A DNA stretch of 64,000 bases from Gemmobacter sp. (GCA_046295655.1 JBKBMT010000002.1:57139-121138), one strand, 5' to 3'; numbered from the stretch's first letter, positions 19,954 through 31,900 are shown. Program-made: numbers and translations. Notes: generated by a model from the sequence alone, not told the origin.

Positions 19954-21776
19954 CCCGACAATCCTTCGCCGCCGTAACCCGCCCCGAACAGGGTCCGCCA
20001 CGTCTGGCTGCGCTGCGGGCCGCAATGGCGGCCGAGGGGGTGCAGGGTTTCATCGTGCCGCGTTCCGATGCGCATCAGGGTGAATATGTCGCACCCTGCG
20101 ACGAGCGGCTGGCCTGGCTGACCGGGTTCACCGGCTCTGCCGGTTTCGCCATCGTGCTGCCCGACCGGGCAGGGCTGTTCGTGGACGGGCGGTATCGCCT
20201 TCAGGCACGGGCGCAGGTTGATCCCGCCATCACTCCGGTCGACTGGCCCGCCACCCAGCCCGGGCCGTGGTTGCGCGACGCGCTGGACGCGGGCGTTGTC
20301 GGCTATGATCCGTGGCTGCACACCGCCGAGGAGATCGAGCGCATCGAGGCGGCCCTTTCCGGCTCTGCGGTGGCACTGCGGCCGATGCAGAACCTTGTCG
20401 ATGCGATCTGGACCGACCGTCCCGGCCCGCCGCTGGCCCCGGCGACGGTGCATCCCGAGACGCTGGCCGGCGAGGCTGCGGCCGACAAGCGGGCCCGTCT
20501 GGCAAAGGGGCTGCGCGATGCCGGGCATCGGGCTGCGGTCTTGACCATGCCGGACAGTCTGTGCTGGCTGCTGAACATCCGCGGCGGCGATGTGGCGCGC
20601 AATCCGGTGCTGCAGGGCTTTGCGATCCTGCACGACGATGCGCGGGTGACGGTGTTCGCCGAGCCGGAAAAGTTCGGACCGGCAGTGCGGATGAATCTGG
20701 GCAACCACGTCACCATCCGCCCCCCGGCGGCCTTTGCCCAGGCGTTGCGCACGCTGCCCGGCCCCGTACGGGTGGATCGCGCCTCCGCACCCCTGGCGAT
20801 AGGCCGCGAACTCGCCGACGCCGGCATCGAGACCGTCTGGGACGATGATCCATGCCGTCTGCCGAAGGCGCGCAAGAACCCGGCAGAGCTTGCCGGCATC
20901 CGGGCCGCCCATCACCGCGACGGAGTGGCGGTGGTAAAGTTCCTGCACTGGCTGGACGGCGTGGCGCAGGACGTCGCGGCAGGCGCAAGGGTGACCGAGA
21001 TCGCGGTGGTCAAGGCCCTGGAAGGGTTCCGCGAGGGCACCGGCATGCTGCACGACCTGAGCTTCGAGACCATCTGCGGGGCCGGACCGAACGGTGCGAT
21101 CGTGCATTACCGCGTCACCGAACAGTCGGATCGCGCACTTGAACCCGACAGCCTGCTGCTGGTGGACAGCGGCGGGCAGTATCGCGACGGAACCACCGAC
21201 ATCACCCGGACGATCGCCATCGGCGCCCCGCCACCGGGCGCGGCCGAGGCCTTTACCGCCGTTCTGCGCGGAATGATCGCGATCAGTCGTGCGCGCTGGC
21301 CGCGCGGGCTGGCCGGGCGCGACCTCGATCCGCTTGCCCGTCAGTTCCTGTGGACACAGGGCCGCGACTACGACCACGGGACCGGTCACGGGGTCGGCGC
21401 CTTCCTGTCGGTCCATGAAGGCCCGCAGCGTCTGTCGCGCATATCCGAGGTGCCGCTCGAGCCCGGCATGATCCTGTCGAACGAGCCAGGCTATTACCGT
21501 GAAGGCGTCTGGGGCATTCGTATCGAGAACCTGGTGGCCGTTACCGAGGCACCTGCCATCGCGGGTGCCGACGACCGGGCCATGCTGTCGTTCGAGACGC
21601 TAACCTTTGCCCCGATCGACCGGAAGCTGATCGTCCACGAGGACATGTCGGCCGGCGAGATCGCCTGGCTTGACGCCTATCACGCCGAGGTGCACCGCCG
21701 GCTTGCCCGCGATCTTCCGCCCTCGGTGGCCGCCTGGCTTGAAGCCGCCTGTGCGCCGCTAGGTTCGGGCAAGTGA
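19950..21776 (+). CDS. Xaa-Pro aminopeptidase family (M24B) metallopeptidase
   Basis: ATG 19950 overlaps the cobT stop (ATGA). Metal-ligand motifs seen are [33 protein letters not shown] and IRIENL. Confidence 0.9.
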   Translation: MTRQSFAAVTRPEQGPPRLAALRAAMAAEGVQGFIVPRSDAHQGEYVAPCDERLAWLTGFTGSAGFAIVLPDRAGLFVDGRYRLQARAQVDPAITPVDWPATQPGPWLRDALDAGVVGYDPWLHTAEEIERIEAALSGSAVALRPMQNLVDAIWTDRPGPPLAPATVHPETLAGEAAADKRARLAKGLRDAGHRAAVLTMPDSLCWLLNIRGGDVARNPVLQGFAILHDDARVTVFAEPEKFGPAVRMNLGNHVTIRPPAAFAQALRTLPGPVRVDRASAPLAIGRELADAGIETVWDDDPCRLPKARKNPAELAGIRAAHHRDGVAVVKFLHWLDGVAQDVAAGARVTEIAVVKALEGFREGTGMLHDLSFETICGAGPNGAIVHYRVTEQSDRALEPDSLLLVDSGGQYRDGTTDITRTIAIGAPPPGAAEAFTAVLRGMIAISRARWPRGLAGRDLDPLARQFLWTQGRDYDHGTGHGVGAFLSVHEGPQRLSRISEVPLEPGMILSNEPGYYREGVWGIRIENLVAVTEAPAIAGADDRAMLSFETLTFAPIDRKLIVHEDMSAGEIAWLDAYHAEVHRRLARDLPPSVAAWLEAACAPLGSGK

Positions 21777-22144
21777 CCCACAGCGCCAAAGGGAGCCGTC
21801 CGATGAGCGATCACATCCGCATTCGCCGCGCAGAGGGAACATGGGTCGTCCGGGCCGGCGGGGCCGTCCTGGGCGAAAGCCGCAACGCGCTGGAACTGAG
21901 CGAAGGCGATTATCCGCCAGTCATCTATTTCCCCCGCACGGACATAGCCATGGCGTTCCTGGAACCGTCGGCGCGCACCTCGACGTGCCCGCACAAGGGA
22001 CAGGCAAGCTATTTCACGATCGTGACCAAGTCCGGGCGGCTGACAGACGCGGTCTGGTCCTACGAGACGCCGCACGAACCCGTCGCGCGCATCGCAGGCC
22101 ATCTCGCATTCTATCCCGATCGCGTGACGGTCGAACGCGTCTGA
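21773..22144 (+). CDS. DUF427-like protein
   Basis: GTG 21773 overlaps the upstream stop (GTGA); ATG 21803 is an alternative start. VIYFPRTDI...CPHKGQASYF...AWSYETP...FYPDRV is the DUF427 pattern. Confidence 0.75.
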   Translation: MTHSAKGSRPMSDHIRIRRAEGTWVVRAGGAVLGESRNALELSEGDYPPVIYFPRTDIAMAFLEPSARTSTCPHKGQASYFTIVTKSGRLTDAVWSYETPHEPVARIAGHLAFYPDRVTVERV

Positions 22145-22147
22145 AAG

Positions 22148-23044
22148 TCAGGCCGGGATCGACATGCCCTTGCTGCGGGCAAGTTCGCGCATCCTGGCCT
22201 GAAGCTTTTCGAAGGCGCGCACCTCGATCTGCCGGATCCGCTCGCGGCTGACGCCGTAGCGGGCGGACAGATCCTCAAGCGTCACCGGCTCGTCGGACAA
22301 CCGGCGCTGGGTCAGGATGTCGCGCTCGCGTTCGTTCAGCGCCTCCATTGCCGACTCCAGCAATGCCATGCGGGCGGTGAACTCGTCCCGCTCGGCATAA
22401 TCGCCGGCCTGGTCCGCCTCTTCGTCCTCGAGCCAGTCCTGCCACTGGGTCGCGCTGTCGCCTTCGGATCCGACCATCGCGTTGAGCGAGGCGTCCGAGC
22501 CCGAGAGCCGGCGGTTCATGTCCACCACCTCGTCCTCGGTGACATTCAGGTCATGGGCGATCCTTGCCACGTTCTCGGGACGCAAGTCACCGTCCTCAAG
22601 CGCGCCGATCCGAGACTTGGCCTTGCGCAGGTTGAAGAACAGCTTCTTCTGCGCCGAAGTGGTGCCGAGCTTTACCAGGCTCCAGGACCGGAGGATGTAT
22701 TCCTGGATCGCCGCCCGGATCCACCACATCGCATATGTGGCCAGCCGGAAGCCCTTGTCGGGGTCGAAACGCTTCACTGCCTGCATCAGCCCGACATTCG
22801 CCTCGCTGATCACCTCGGCCTGAGGCAGTCCGTATCCCCGATAGCCCATCGCGATCTTGGCGGCGAGGCGCAGGTGGCTGGTGACAAGCTTGTGTGCCGC
22901 CTCACGGTCCTGGTGTTCGACCCAGCGCTTGGCGAGGATGAACTCTTCCTCCGGCTCCAGCATCGGAAACTTCCTGATTTCCTGGAGATACCGGTTCAGA
23001 CCCTGTTCAGGGCTGGGGGCGGGAAGATTGGCGTAACTGTTCAT
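22148..23044 (-). CDS. rpoH: RNA polymerase sigma-32 (heat shock sigma factor)
   Basis: ATG 23044 with GAGGAAC 7-13 nt upstream is preferred over GTG 23059. The RpoH box QKKLFFNLRKAK is present, along with FRLATYAMWWIRAAIQEYIL. Confidence 0.95.
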   Translation of the reverse strand: MNSYANLPAPSPEQGLNRYLQEIRKFPMLEPEEEFILAKRWVEHQDREAAHKLVTSHLRLAAKIAMGYRGYGLPQAEVISEANVGLMQAVKRFDPDKGFRLATYAMWWIRAAIQEYILRSWSLVKLGTTSAQKKLFFNLRKAKSRIGALEDGDLRPENVARIAHDLNVTEDEVVDMNRRLSGSDASLNAMVGSEGDSATQWQDWLEDEEADQAGDYAERDEFTARMALLESAMEALNERERDILTQRRLSDEPVTLEDLSARYGVSRERIRQIEVRAFEKLQARMRELARSKGMSIPA

Positions 23045-23184
23045 TCCTGGGTTCCTCACCGCGGCGGGGCCGGGACACTATGCACGCAGTGGGTTACTTG
23101 CAAGTGGCCCTGCCAAGAAGAATAGCGCAGATGCAGCGCGGTTCCGTCGCGAAGATCGAATATGTCAGACGCTTCACGCCCTTG

Positions 23185-24207
23185 TCACCCTGACCGCAAC
23201 CGCTGCAACAGGCCGGAAAGGTCGGGCGGCAGCGGCGCCGAGAAATTCATCCGCGCCCCTGTCACGGGATGATCGAAACCCAGCGTGGCGGCATGCAGCG
23301 CCTGGCGGGCAAAGCCGTCCACATCCGGCGCCGCGCCCAGTCGGGCCGGCGCCCGGCGCCGGTTCCCGTAGGTTCGATCGCCCACCAAGGGATGACCCAC
23401 GTGCGACAGATGCACCCGGATCTGATGCGTGCGCCCGGTTTCCAGCCAGCAATCGATCAGGGACACGGCCGGGGGGGTGCCGAACCCCTCGACGACCCGG
23501 AACCGGGTGACGGCATCGCGACCGCCTGCGGCCAGAACGGCCTGTCGTTGCCGGTCGGTCCGGTGGCGCCCGATCCGGGTGGCGATTCGGATCACGCCGC
23601 CCGGCTCCACCCCCAACCCGGGCAGGTTACGCATCCGGGGGTCGCCCGGGTCGGGGCGGCCGTGGACCAGAGCGAGGTAGTGGCGGCTCACGCTGTGCGC
23701 CTCGAACTGGGCGGCAAGTCCGTGATGGGCGCGGTCGCTCTTGGCTGCCACCAGCAGGCCCGACGTGTCCTTGTCGATCCGGTGGACGATTCCCGGTCGT
23801 GCAGTGCCGCCGATACCCGAAAGCGACCCGTCGCAATGGTGCAGCAGGGCGTTGACCAACGTGCCGCGCGGGTTTCCGACGGCCGGATGGACGACAAGGC
23901 CCGGCGGCTTGTCGATCACGATAAGGTCGTCGTCCTCGTAGATCACCGAGAGGGGGATGGCCTCGGCGGGCGTGCCATCGGGCTCGGGCGGGCCGAGTTC
24001 GATCTCGACCGGCAGCCCGGGGTCAACCTGCGACTTCGCCCCCAGCACCACACCGCCCTGACGCACCGCCCCCGCCTCGATCAGCCGGGCAATTCGCGAC
24101 CGGCTCAGCCCGGCCTCCTCTGGCACTTCCTCGGCGAGCGCCTTATCAAGCCGCCGGGACGCGTCGGACCCCAACGTCACGCGCAGGATGCGGGAAGGAT
24201 CGGTCAT
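23185..24207 (-). CDS. rluD: RluA-family 23S rRNA pseudouridine synthase with N-terminal S4 domain (RluD-like)
   Basis: ORF 23185..24477 trimmed to ATG 24207 (MTDPSRILRV...). Has an S4-like LSRSRIARLIEAGAV and the catalytic HRIDKDTSGLLVAAK. Lies upstream of rpoH on the same strand. Confidence 0.85.
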   Translation of the reverse strand: MTDPSRILRVTLGSDASRRLDKALAEEVPEEAGLSRSRIARLIEAGAVRQGGVVLGAKSQVDPGLPVEIELGPPEPDGTPAEAIPLSVIYEDDDLIVIDKPPGLVVHPAVGNPRGTLVNALLHHCDGSLSGIGGTARPGIVHRIDKDTSGLLVAAKSDRAHHGLAAQFEAHSVSRHYLALVHGRPDPGDPRMRNLPGLGVEPGGVIRIATRIGRHRTDRQRQAVLAAGGRDAVTRFRVVEGFGTPPAVSLIDCWLETGRTHQIRVHLSHVGHPLVGDRTYGNRRRAPARLGAAPDVDGFARQALHAATLGFDHPVTGARMNFSAPLPPDLSGLLQRLRSG

Positions 24208-24523
24208 GGCGGACGCTCCGCAGGAAGGCAACACGCGGCTGCCGGCCTCGGTCCGGCTGCTGCAATGGCTGGTGATCGGCCTGACGGCCAGCATGATGAT
24301 CGGCGTGATAGCCGTGGTCGCAGTGGTTGTCACCCGCTTCCCCAAGCCCCCCACACCCCCGCTGCCGGAGACGCTGTCGCTACCCGCCGGCGCCCGCGCG
24401 GTCGCAGTCACACAGGGCAGCGACTGGGTGGCGGTGGTGACGGACGGCGATGCGATCCTGATCTTCGACCGGTCCACCGGCGCCCTGCGCCAGACAGTTC
24501 AGGTGATCCGCCCGGACGAGTGA
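24206..24523 (+). CDS. small single-pass membrane protein (DUF6476-like)
   Basis: ATG 24206 (MADAPQEGNTRLPASVRLLQWLVIGLTASMMIGVIAVVAVVV...); ATG 24188 is an alternative. The family assignment is from memory only. Confidence 0.55.
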   Translation: MADAPQEGNTRLPASVRLLQWLVIGLTASMMIGVIAVVAVVVTRFPKPPTPPLPETLSLPAGARAVAVTQGSDWVAVVTDGDAILIFDRSTGALRQTVQVIRPDE

Positions 24524-24526
24524 CGA

Positions 24527-24835
24527 TCAGCCCGGCCGCCGCGGCACCAGGGGGCTGCCACCTTTCAGGCGGCGCACATTGGCGCGGGTCGCCCGGCGAA
24601 CGGGTTTCGCAGCCGCCTCCAGGATCTCGGCCGCGCCCTGACCCCGCATCGCGGCGGTCCAGGCCGAGACCGCCGAACGCTGACCGGCACGCGCCTTTTC
24701 GGCCACCATCCGCTGCCGTTCGCCCTTTCCCAGGCGCCACAGGCCGGCAGCGCCCAAAAGGCGCATCGCGATCACCGCCTGCGCCTCGGCAGCGATGGCC
24801 GCTCCGGTCATCCAGAGCCTGAACCAGGGAAGCAT
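24527..24835 (-). CDS. hypothetical Ala/Arg-rich small protein (102 aa)
   Basis: ATG 24835 with AAAGG about 8 nt upstream. Third codon positions are overwhelmingly G/C by hand inspection, consistent with coding. No recognisable family. Confidence 0.5.
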   Translation of the reverse strand: MLPWFRLWMTGAAIAAEAQAVIAMRLLGAAGLWRLGKGERQRMVAEKARAGQRSAVSAWTAAMRGQGAAEILEAAAKPVRRATRANVRRLKGGSPLVPRRPG

Positions 24836-24950
24836 GGCATACCTTTCTGCGTTCCGGCCAGCATAGCGACGGTCGGTGTCGGAGGACAGCGCTCATTCGC
24901 CATCCGAAGGCGCTGCGGCGGATGGCGCACCGTCACAGTCCGCAACTTCT

Positions 24951-24979
24951 CGCCCGACGGCAGGTTCCGGGCGTTTTTT
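24951..24979 (+). terminator. intrinsic-terminator-like hairpin plus T-tract with no obvious plus-strand gene to terminate
   Basis: CGCCCG (24951-24956), an 11-nt loop, CGGGCG (24968-24973), then TTTTTT (24974-24979). This is one of the very few T6 runs I noticed in the window. Confidence 0.4.
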
Positions 24980-24984
24980 CTCCT

Positions 24985-24999
24985 GTTCACTAATTGTTC
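24985..24999 (+). promoter_or_regulatory. LexA (SOS) box of the alphaproteobacterial direct-repeat type, upstream of uvrA
   Basis: GTTC-actaatt-GTTC (GTTC-N7-GTTC), about 70 nt upstream of the uvrA ATG. Confidence 0.7.
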
Positions 25000-25068
25000 A
25001 CGTTTTCCGATTGGAGACTCGGCCAAGATCGCCTATGTGGGAGAGTCGGAAACGCCGGGGGCTGCCGC

Positions 25069-27927
<2,859 letters not shown>

Positions 27928-27964
27928 CCACCGCCCCTGCCTGCGGCCGGCGAACTCGCTGCCG

Positions 27965-28171
27965 TCAGCCCTTCTGGGTCGGGCAGGTCGACACACCGAG
28001 GATCGAATAGAGCGGGCAGGTCTGGAGCAGACCGGTCGCAAGCGGGATGACGCCCAGCAGGTAGAGCCACCGCATCGACGCCTCGGAATTCAGGAAGAAT
28101 CCTGCGATCAGCGCCAGCCCGACGACGATTCGCAGGATGCGGTCTATGCCGCCGACATTGGTCTTGAACAT
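27965..28171 (-). CDS. DUF2892 (YgaP-like) small membrane protein
   Basis: ATG 28171: MFKTNVGGIDRILRIVVGLALIAGFF...LLQTCPLYSILGVSTC. Confidence 0.7.
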   Translation of the reverse strand: MFKTNVGGIDRILRIVVGLALIAGFFLNSEASMRWLYLLGVIPLATGLLQTCPLYSILGVSTCPTQKG

Positions 28172-28187
28172 GGGGGGCTCCGTTTCC

Positions 28188-28203
28188 ATTCCCGTGTTGG
28201 AAT
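28188..28203. promoter_or_regulatory. imperfect dyad ATTCC-N6-GGAAT in the DUF2892/LysR divergent region (possible LysR-type operator)
   Basis: ATTCCCGTGTTGGAAT read directly, lying between divergent starts 28171 and 28333. The functional link is purely positional. Confidence 0.2.
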
Positions 28204-28332
28204 ATAATGCGTTTCCTCAACCCTGTCACCTGCCTGGGCGCTGTGGCGGCAAACGGCCGCGCCGGCAGGTGCCATTGCCAGGCGACAGTCTTGGCGGGAT
28301 GCTGCGACAGATCGCAGAGCGGGGAAGCCGGC

Positions 28333-29283
28333 GTGATAAACCTGACCTTTCTGGAAACCTTCGTCTGGGTGGCCCGCCTGGGAAGTTTCACCCGTGCCGC
28401 AGAACGGGTGGGCACCACCCAGGCGGCCGTTGCGGCGCGGATCGCCGCGCTGGAGGACGAACTTGGCGTCCAGCTCCTGATTCGAGAGAACCGGCGGCTG
28501 AAGTTGACACATGAGGGCATTCAGGCGCTCTCCGGTGCAGAACAGCTGCTGAATTCCGCGCGCGGCTTCGTCGAGGAAGTGACCGGGCAGGACAGGATGC
28601 GCGGCACGGTCAGGATCGGGGTGATCGACACCATCACCTATACCTGGCTGATCGATCTGATGAGGGTTTCGCGGCGAAGATTCCCGGGTCTCGGCATCGA
28701 GCTTCTGGCCGATACGAGCCTGCGCCTCATCGATGCGCTGCGAACAGGCGATATCGAACTCGCGCTGATCATGGGGCCGGTCCCGGACCCGAATTTCGTC
28801 AACCTCGAACTCTGCAGCTATGCCTGTCACTGGGTCGCCGCGCCCGAACTTGGGCTCGCCGGTCGGCAGCTCGGCGCCAAGGAGCTCGCCGAGCTACCCC
28901 TGATCTCGTTTCCCAAGGGATCGCAGCCATACGGGTATCTCGATCGGCACTTCCGCAATCTCGGGCACCGAAACCCGGTCATCTATGCCGGCAATTCGCT
29001 GGCCAGCATCATCCGCCTCGCGGTGGACGGCCTTGGCGTCGCGACCATCCCGCCGGTGGTCGCACCGCGCGAACTGGCGCGCGGGGAACTGGTGCTTCTG
29101 TCCGCGGACCAGCCGATTCCGCCGATGCGGATGCATGCGGTCTATCTGGATGGACCGTCCCGCGATCTACCCGCGACCATGGCGGGGCTGGCCCGCGACG
29201 TCGCGCACGACTTCCTGCGAAGGTCCGACCCCGAGCTTGCCTGGGACCGGGCACTTCAGGCGACGAACGAGGGACCGAAATAA
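28333..29283 (+). CDS. LysR family transcriptional regulator
   Basis: ORF 28207..29283 trimmed to GTG 28333, with GGGGAAG upstream. The wHTH reads LTFLETFVWVARLGSFTRAAERVGTTQAAVAARIAALEDELGVQLL. Confidence 0.85.
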   Translation: MINLTFLETFVWVARLGSFTRAAERVGTTQAAVAARIAALEDELGVQLLIRENRRLKLTHEGIQALSGAEQLLNSARGFVEEVTGQDRMRGTVRIGVIDTITYTWLIDLMRVSRRRFPGLGIELLADTSLRLIDALRTGDIELALIMGPVPDPNFVNLELCSYACHWVAAPELGLAGRQLGAKELAELPLISFPKGSQPYGYLDRHFRNLGHRNPVIYAGNSLASIIRLAVDGLGVATIPPVVAPRELARGELVLLSADQPIPPMRMHAVYLDGPSRDLPATMAGLARDVAHDFLRRSDPELAWDRALQATNEGPK

Positions 29284-29288
29284 TAATT

Positions 29289-29314
29289 CTTCTTTTGTCA
29301 CATCAAAAAAGAAG
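29289..29314. promoter_or_regulatory. AT-rich 8-bp inverted repeat between the LysR gene and the C-N hydrolase gene (operator or weak terminator)
   Basis: CTTCTTTT (29289-29296), a 10-nt loop, then AAAAGAAG (29307-29314). A conspicuously AT-rich patch in GC-rich DNA. Confidence 0.3.
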
Positions 29315-29378
29315 TCGTTGGACACCGTGAGATCTACGCGGCAGCCTCACCCCCAACCGGAACACGCAGGGGGACAAG

Positions 29379-30179
29379 GTGAAAGTCGCGCTGATCCAGA
29401 TGAACAGCCAGTCAGACAAGGCCGCGAACATCGCCGAGGCCGAGCGTCTTGTCGCCGAAGCGGCAGGGGACGGGGCCGAACTGGCGGTGCTGCCGGAATA
29501 CTGGGCATTTCTGGGCGAGGGCCCGGACGCCATGCACGGCAGCGGCGAGGTTCTGGGCGAAGGGCCGGCCTATCAGGCCATGCAGGACATGGCCAGACGC
29601 CACGGCATAACGCTGCATGGCGGCAGCATCGTCGAGAAATCCGGCAACCAGCATTACAATACAACCGTCGTGTTCGGTCCGGACGGGTCCGAGAAGGCGC
29701 GCTATCGCAAGATCCATCTGTTCGACGTGGACGTTCCGGGCGGCCTGTCCTACCGCGAGAGCGAAACGATCACCGGTGGCGACCAGGTCGTGACCTATGA
29801 GGTGGGCGATACCACCGTCGGCTGCGCGATCTGCTATGACATCCGATTTCCCGAACTGTTCCGGGCGCTGCGCGATCGCGGGGCAGAGGTGATCGTGCTG
29901 CCCGCCGCCTTCACCCTGATGACCGGCAAGGACCACTGGGAGATTCTCGCCCGCGCCCGCGCGATCGAGACCCAGACCCATTTCGTCGCGGTCGGCCAGT
30001 TCGGCACCCACGCCGGCGGCAAGAAGGCCTGCTACGGCCATTCCATGGTGGTGGACCCGTGGGGCCATGTGGTCGCACAGGTCGGGGATCACACCGGCTT
30101 TGCCGTCGCCCGGATCGATGCGGCCTATACCGAAAGGGTCCGCGCAGCGATCCCGGTTCACCGTCATCACGTTCTCTGA
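29379..30179 (+). CDS. carbon-nitrogen hydrolase family amidase (Nit/omega-amidase-like)
   Basis: GTG 29379 with AGGGGGA upstream. The catalytic Glu/Lys/Cys contexts are AVLPEYW, YRKIHLFD and GCAICYDIRFPE. Confidence 0.9.
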   Translation: MKVALIQMNSQSDKAANIAEAERLVAEAAGDGAELAVLPEYWAFLGEGPDAMHGSGEVLGEGPAYQAMQDMARRHGITLHGGSIVEKSGNQHYNTTVVFGPDGSEKARYRKIHLFDVDVPGGLSYRESETITGGDQVVTYEVGDTTVGCAICYDIRFPELFRALRDRGAEVIVLPAAFTLMTGKDHWEILARARAIETQTHFVAVGQFGTHAGGKKACYGHSMVVDPWGHVVAQVGDHTGFAVARIDAAYTERVRAAIPVHRHHVL

Positions 30180-30188
30180 GGTCCGGCC

Positions 30189-30854
30189 ATGTTCGATATC
30201 GGTCCGATGCCCGAACAGATCGCCGCCGGAACGCTCGCCCGGCTGGCGCAGGTCGAGACGGCAACCGTCGGCCATGTGCTGCACGGCCAGTTCGCCGACC
30301 GCGACCTGCGCGCGGTCCTGCCCGAGAAGCGGATCGCCGGCACGGCCGTCACGCTGCGAATTCCCGGTGCCGATTCGACCCTTCTGCATCACGCGCTGTC
30401 GCTGGTCCGTCCCGGCGACTTCCTGGTGATCGACCGCTGCGGCGACACCGTCCATGCCTGCTGGGGCGGTGTGGTGACGAATGTGGCCCGGAATGCCGGC
30501 GTCGTTGGCGGGGTTATCGACGGACCGGCCACCGACTTCGGCGAGATCCGGCGCTGCGAGATGCCGGTCTGGTGTCGCGGACCCTCGCCGATCACGACCA
30601 AGATCCTTGGCCTGGAAGGCACCTTGAACCGCACCGTCTCGGTCGGCGGCGTGGCCGTGGAGCCGGGCGATGCCGTGCTGGCCGACGAAAGCGGCGTCCT
30701 GTTCCTGAAGCCGTGGCAATGCGATGCGATCGCCGAACGGGCGCTGGAGATGCAGGCGCGCGAGATCGAACTGCTCGAGCGTCTCGCGGCCGGCGAAAGG
30801 CTCGGCGACATCTCGGGCGCGACTGCCAAGGTGAATGCCAATCTGCGAACGTGA
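30189..30854 (+). CDS. RraA family protein (class II aldolase / oxaloacetate decarboxylase-like)
   Basis: LARLAQVETATVGHVL, GDFLVIDRCGD and ACWGGVVTNVARNAGVVGGVIDGPATD match the RraA/HMG-aldolase family pattern. Confidence 0.85.
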   Translation: MFDIGPMPEQIAAGTLARLAQVETATVGHVLHGQFADRDLRAVLPEKRIAGTAVTLRIPGADSTLLHHALSLVRPGDFLVIDRCGDTVHACWGGVVTNVARNAGVVGGVIDGPATDFGEIRRCEMPVWCRGPSPITTKILGLEGTLNRTVSVGGVAVEPGDAVLADESGVLFLKPWQCDAIAERALEMQAREIELLERLAAGERLGDISGATAKVNANLRT

Positions 30855-30904
30855 ACCGCCGGCCGGGCGCCGACCGGCCCCGGCCCCGACAGAGGAGGAA
30901 CTTC

Positions 30905-31900
30905 ATGGCAATCAACCGTTATCTTGTCGGAACCCTGGTCGCAGCGACGCTGGCCGCAGGCCCGGTCGCGGCGGAAACCTGGCGCATGGCGCACAAGATG
31001 CCCCCCGAATCGATCGAGGGTCAGCTGTTTCAGGCCGTCGCGGACCGCATCGCCGAAAAGACGGGCGGCAAGCTTCGGGTTGACGTGTTCCCCGCCGAGC
31101 AGCTCGGCAAGGACGACGCGATCCTGGAGCAGCTGACCTTCGGCACGGTCCACATCTATCCCGAGGGATCCGGCTATCTGCAGAAATGGGTGCCCGAGAT
31201 CGCCTTCACCGGGGCGCCTTTCCTGTTCGACGACCGCGAACATTGGTCGGCCTTCATGCAGTCCGACCTCGTGCAGGGGTGGATGCAGAAGATCGAGGAC
31301 GAGGTCGGGATCACCGTGATCGGAGATTCCACCAAGATGGTTCGCGGCCCCTACAGGGTGATGGTGACAGCCAAGCCTGTGACCAGCCTCGACGACATCT
31401 CGGGGCTGAAGCTCAGGCTTCATCCCGACGAGCTCGCGGCGGCGGCCTGGCGTCACCTGGGGGCCGAGGTGCGCACCCTTGCATGGACGGAGACCTATGA
31501 ATCGATCGGCCGCGGGATCGTGGAGGCGGTAAACAGCCCTGTCGCGCTGGTCGAGTCGATGCGCTTCTACGAAGTCGCGCCGCATATCGTCCGGCATGAC
31601 GAATACCCGCAGGGGCTTGCATTCATGGCCAATGCGGCCGCGTGGAACCGTCTGGACGAGGCGACGCGGGCGCAGGTGCTGGAGGCCTATGACGAGGTGG
31701 CGGCAGAATTCGCCGCGAAGACCGAGGCGGTCGCAGACGAATCGCTCGAACGGATGAAGGCGAAAGGGGTCAGCTTCACGGTGCTCGATACCGGACCGCT
31801 GGTGGCTCGCATGGCCGAGCTGTACCAGGCGATGTCGGCACAGGGCGCCCTTCCTGCAGGGTTGATCGAGGCGGTGAACGCCACGCGCAAGGCAAACTGA
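30905..31900 (+). CDS. TRAP transporter substrate-binding protein (DctP-type)
   Basis: In-frame ATG 30905 within ORF 30059..31900. Signal MAINRYLVGTLVAATLAAGPVAA, then a DctP-like body (WRMAHKMPPESIEG...). Confidence 0.9.
   Translation: MAINRYLVGTLVAATLAAGPVAAETWRMAHKMPPESIEGQLFQAVADRIAEKTGGKLRVDVFPAEQLGKDDAILEQLTFGTVHIYPEGSGYLQKWVPEIAFTGAPFLFDDREHWSAFMQSDLVQGWMQKIEDEVGITVIGDSTKMVRGPYRVMVTAKPVTSLDDISGLKLRLHPDELAAAAWRHLGAEVRTLAWTETYESIGRGIVEAVNSPVALVESMRFYEVAPHIVRHDEYPQGLAFMANAAAWNRLDEATRAQVLEAYDEVAAEFAAKTEAVADESLERMKAKGVSFTVLDTGPLVARMAELYQAMSAQGALPAGLIEAVNATRKAN

Noticed and set aside
23099-23115. Sigma-54-like TGGCA...TTGCA element upstream of rpoH (minus strand: TGGCAGGGCCACTTGCA)
   Set aside because: The GG-to-GC spacing is one nucleotide longer than the -24/-12 consensus. 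I have no independent reason to expect sigma-54 control of rpoH. A sigma-32/sigma-70 promoter is more likely but could not be pinned down.
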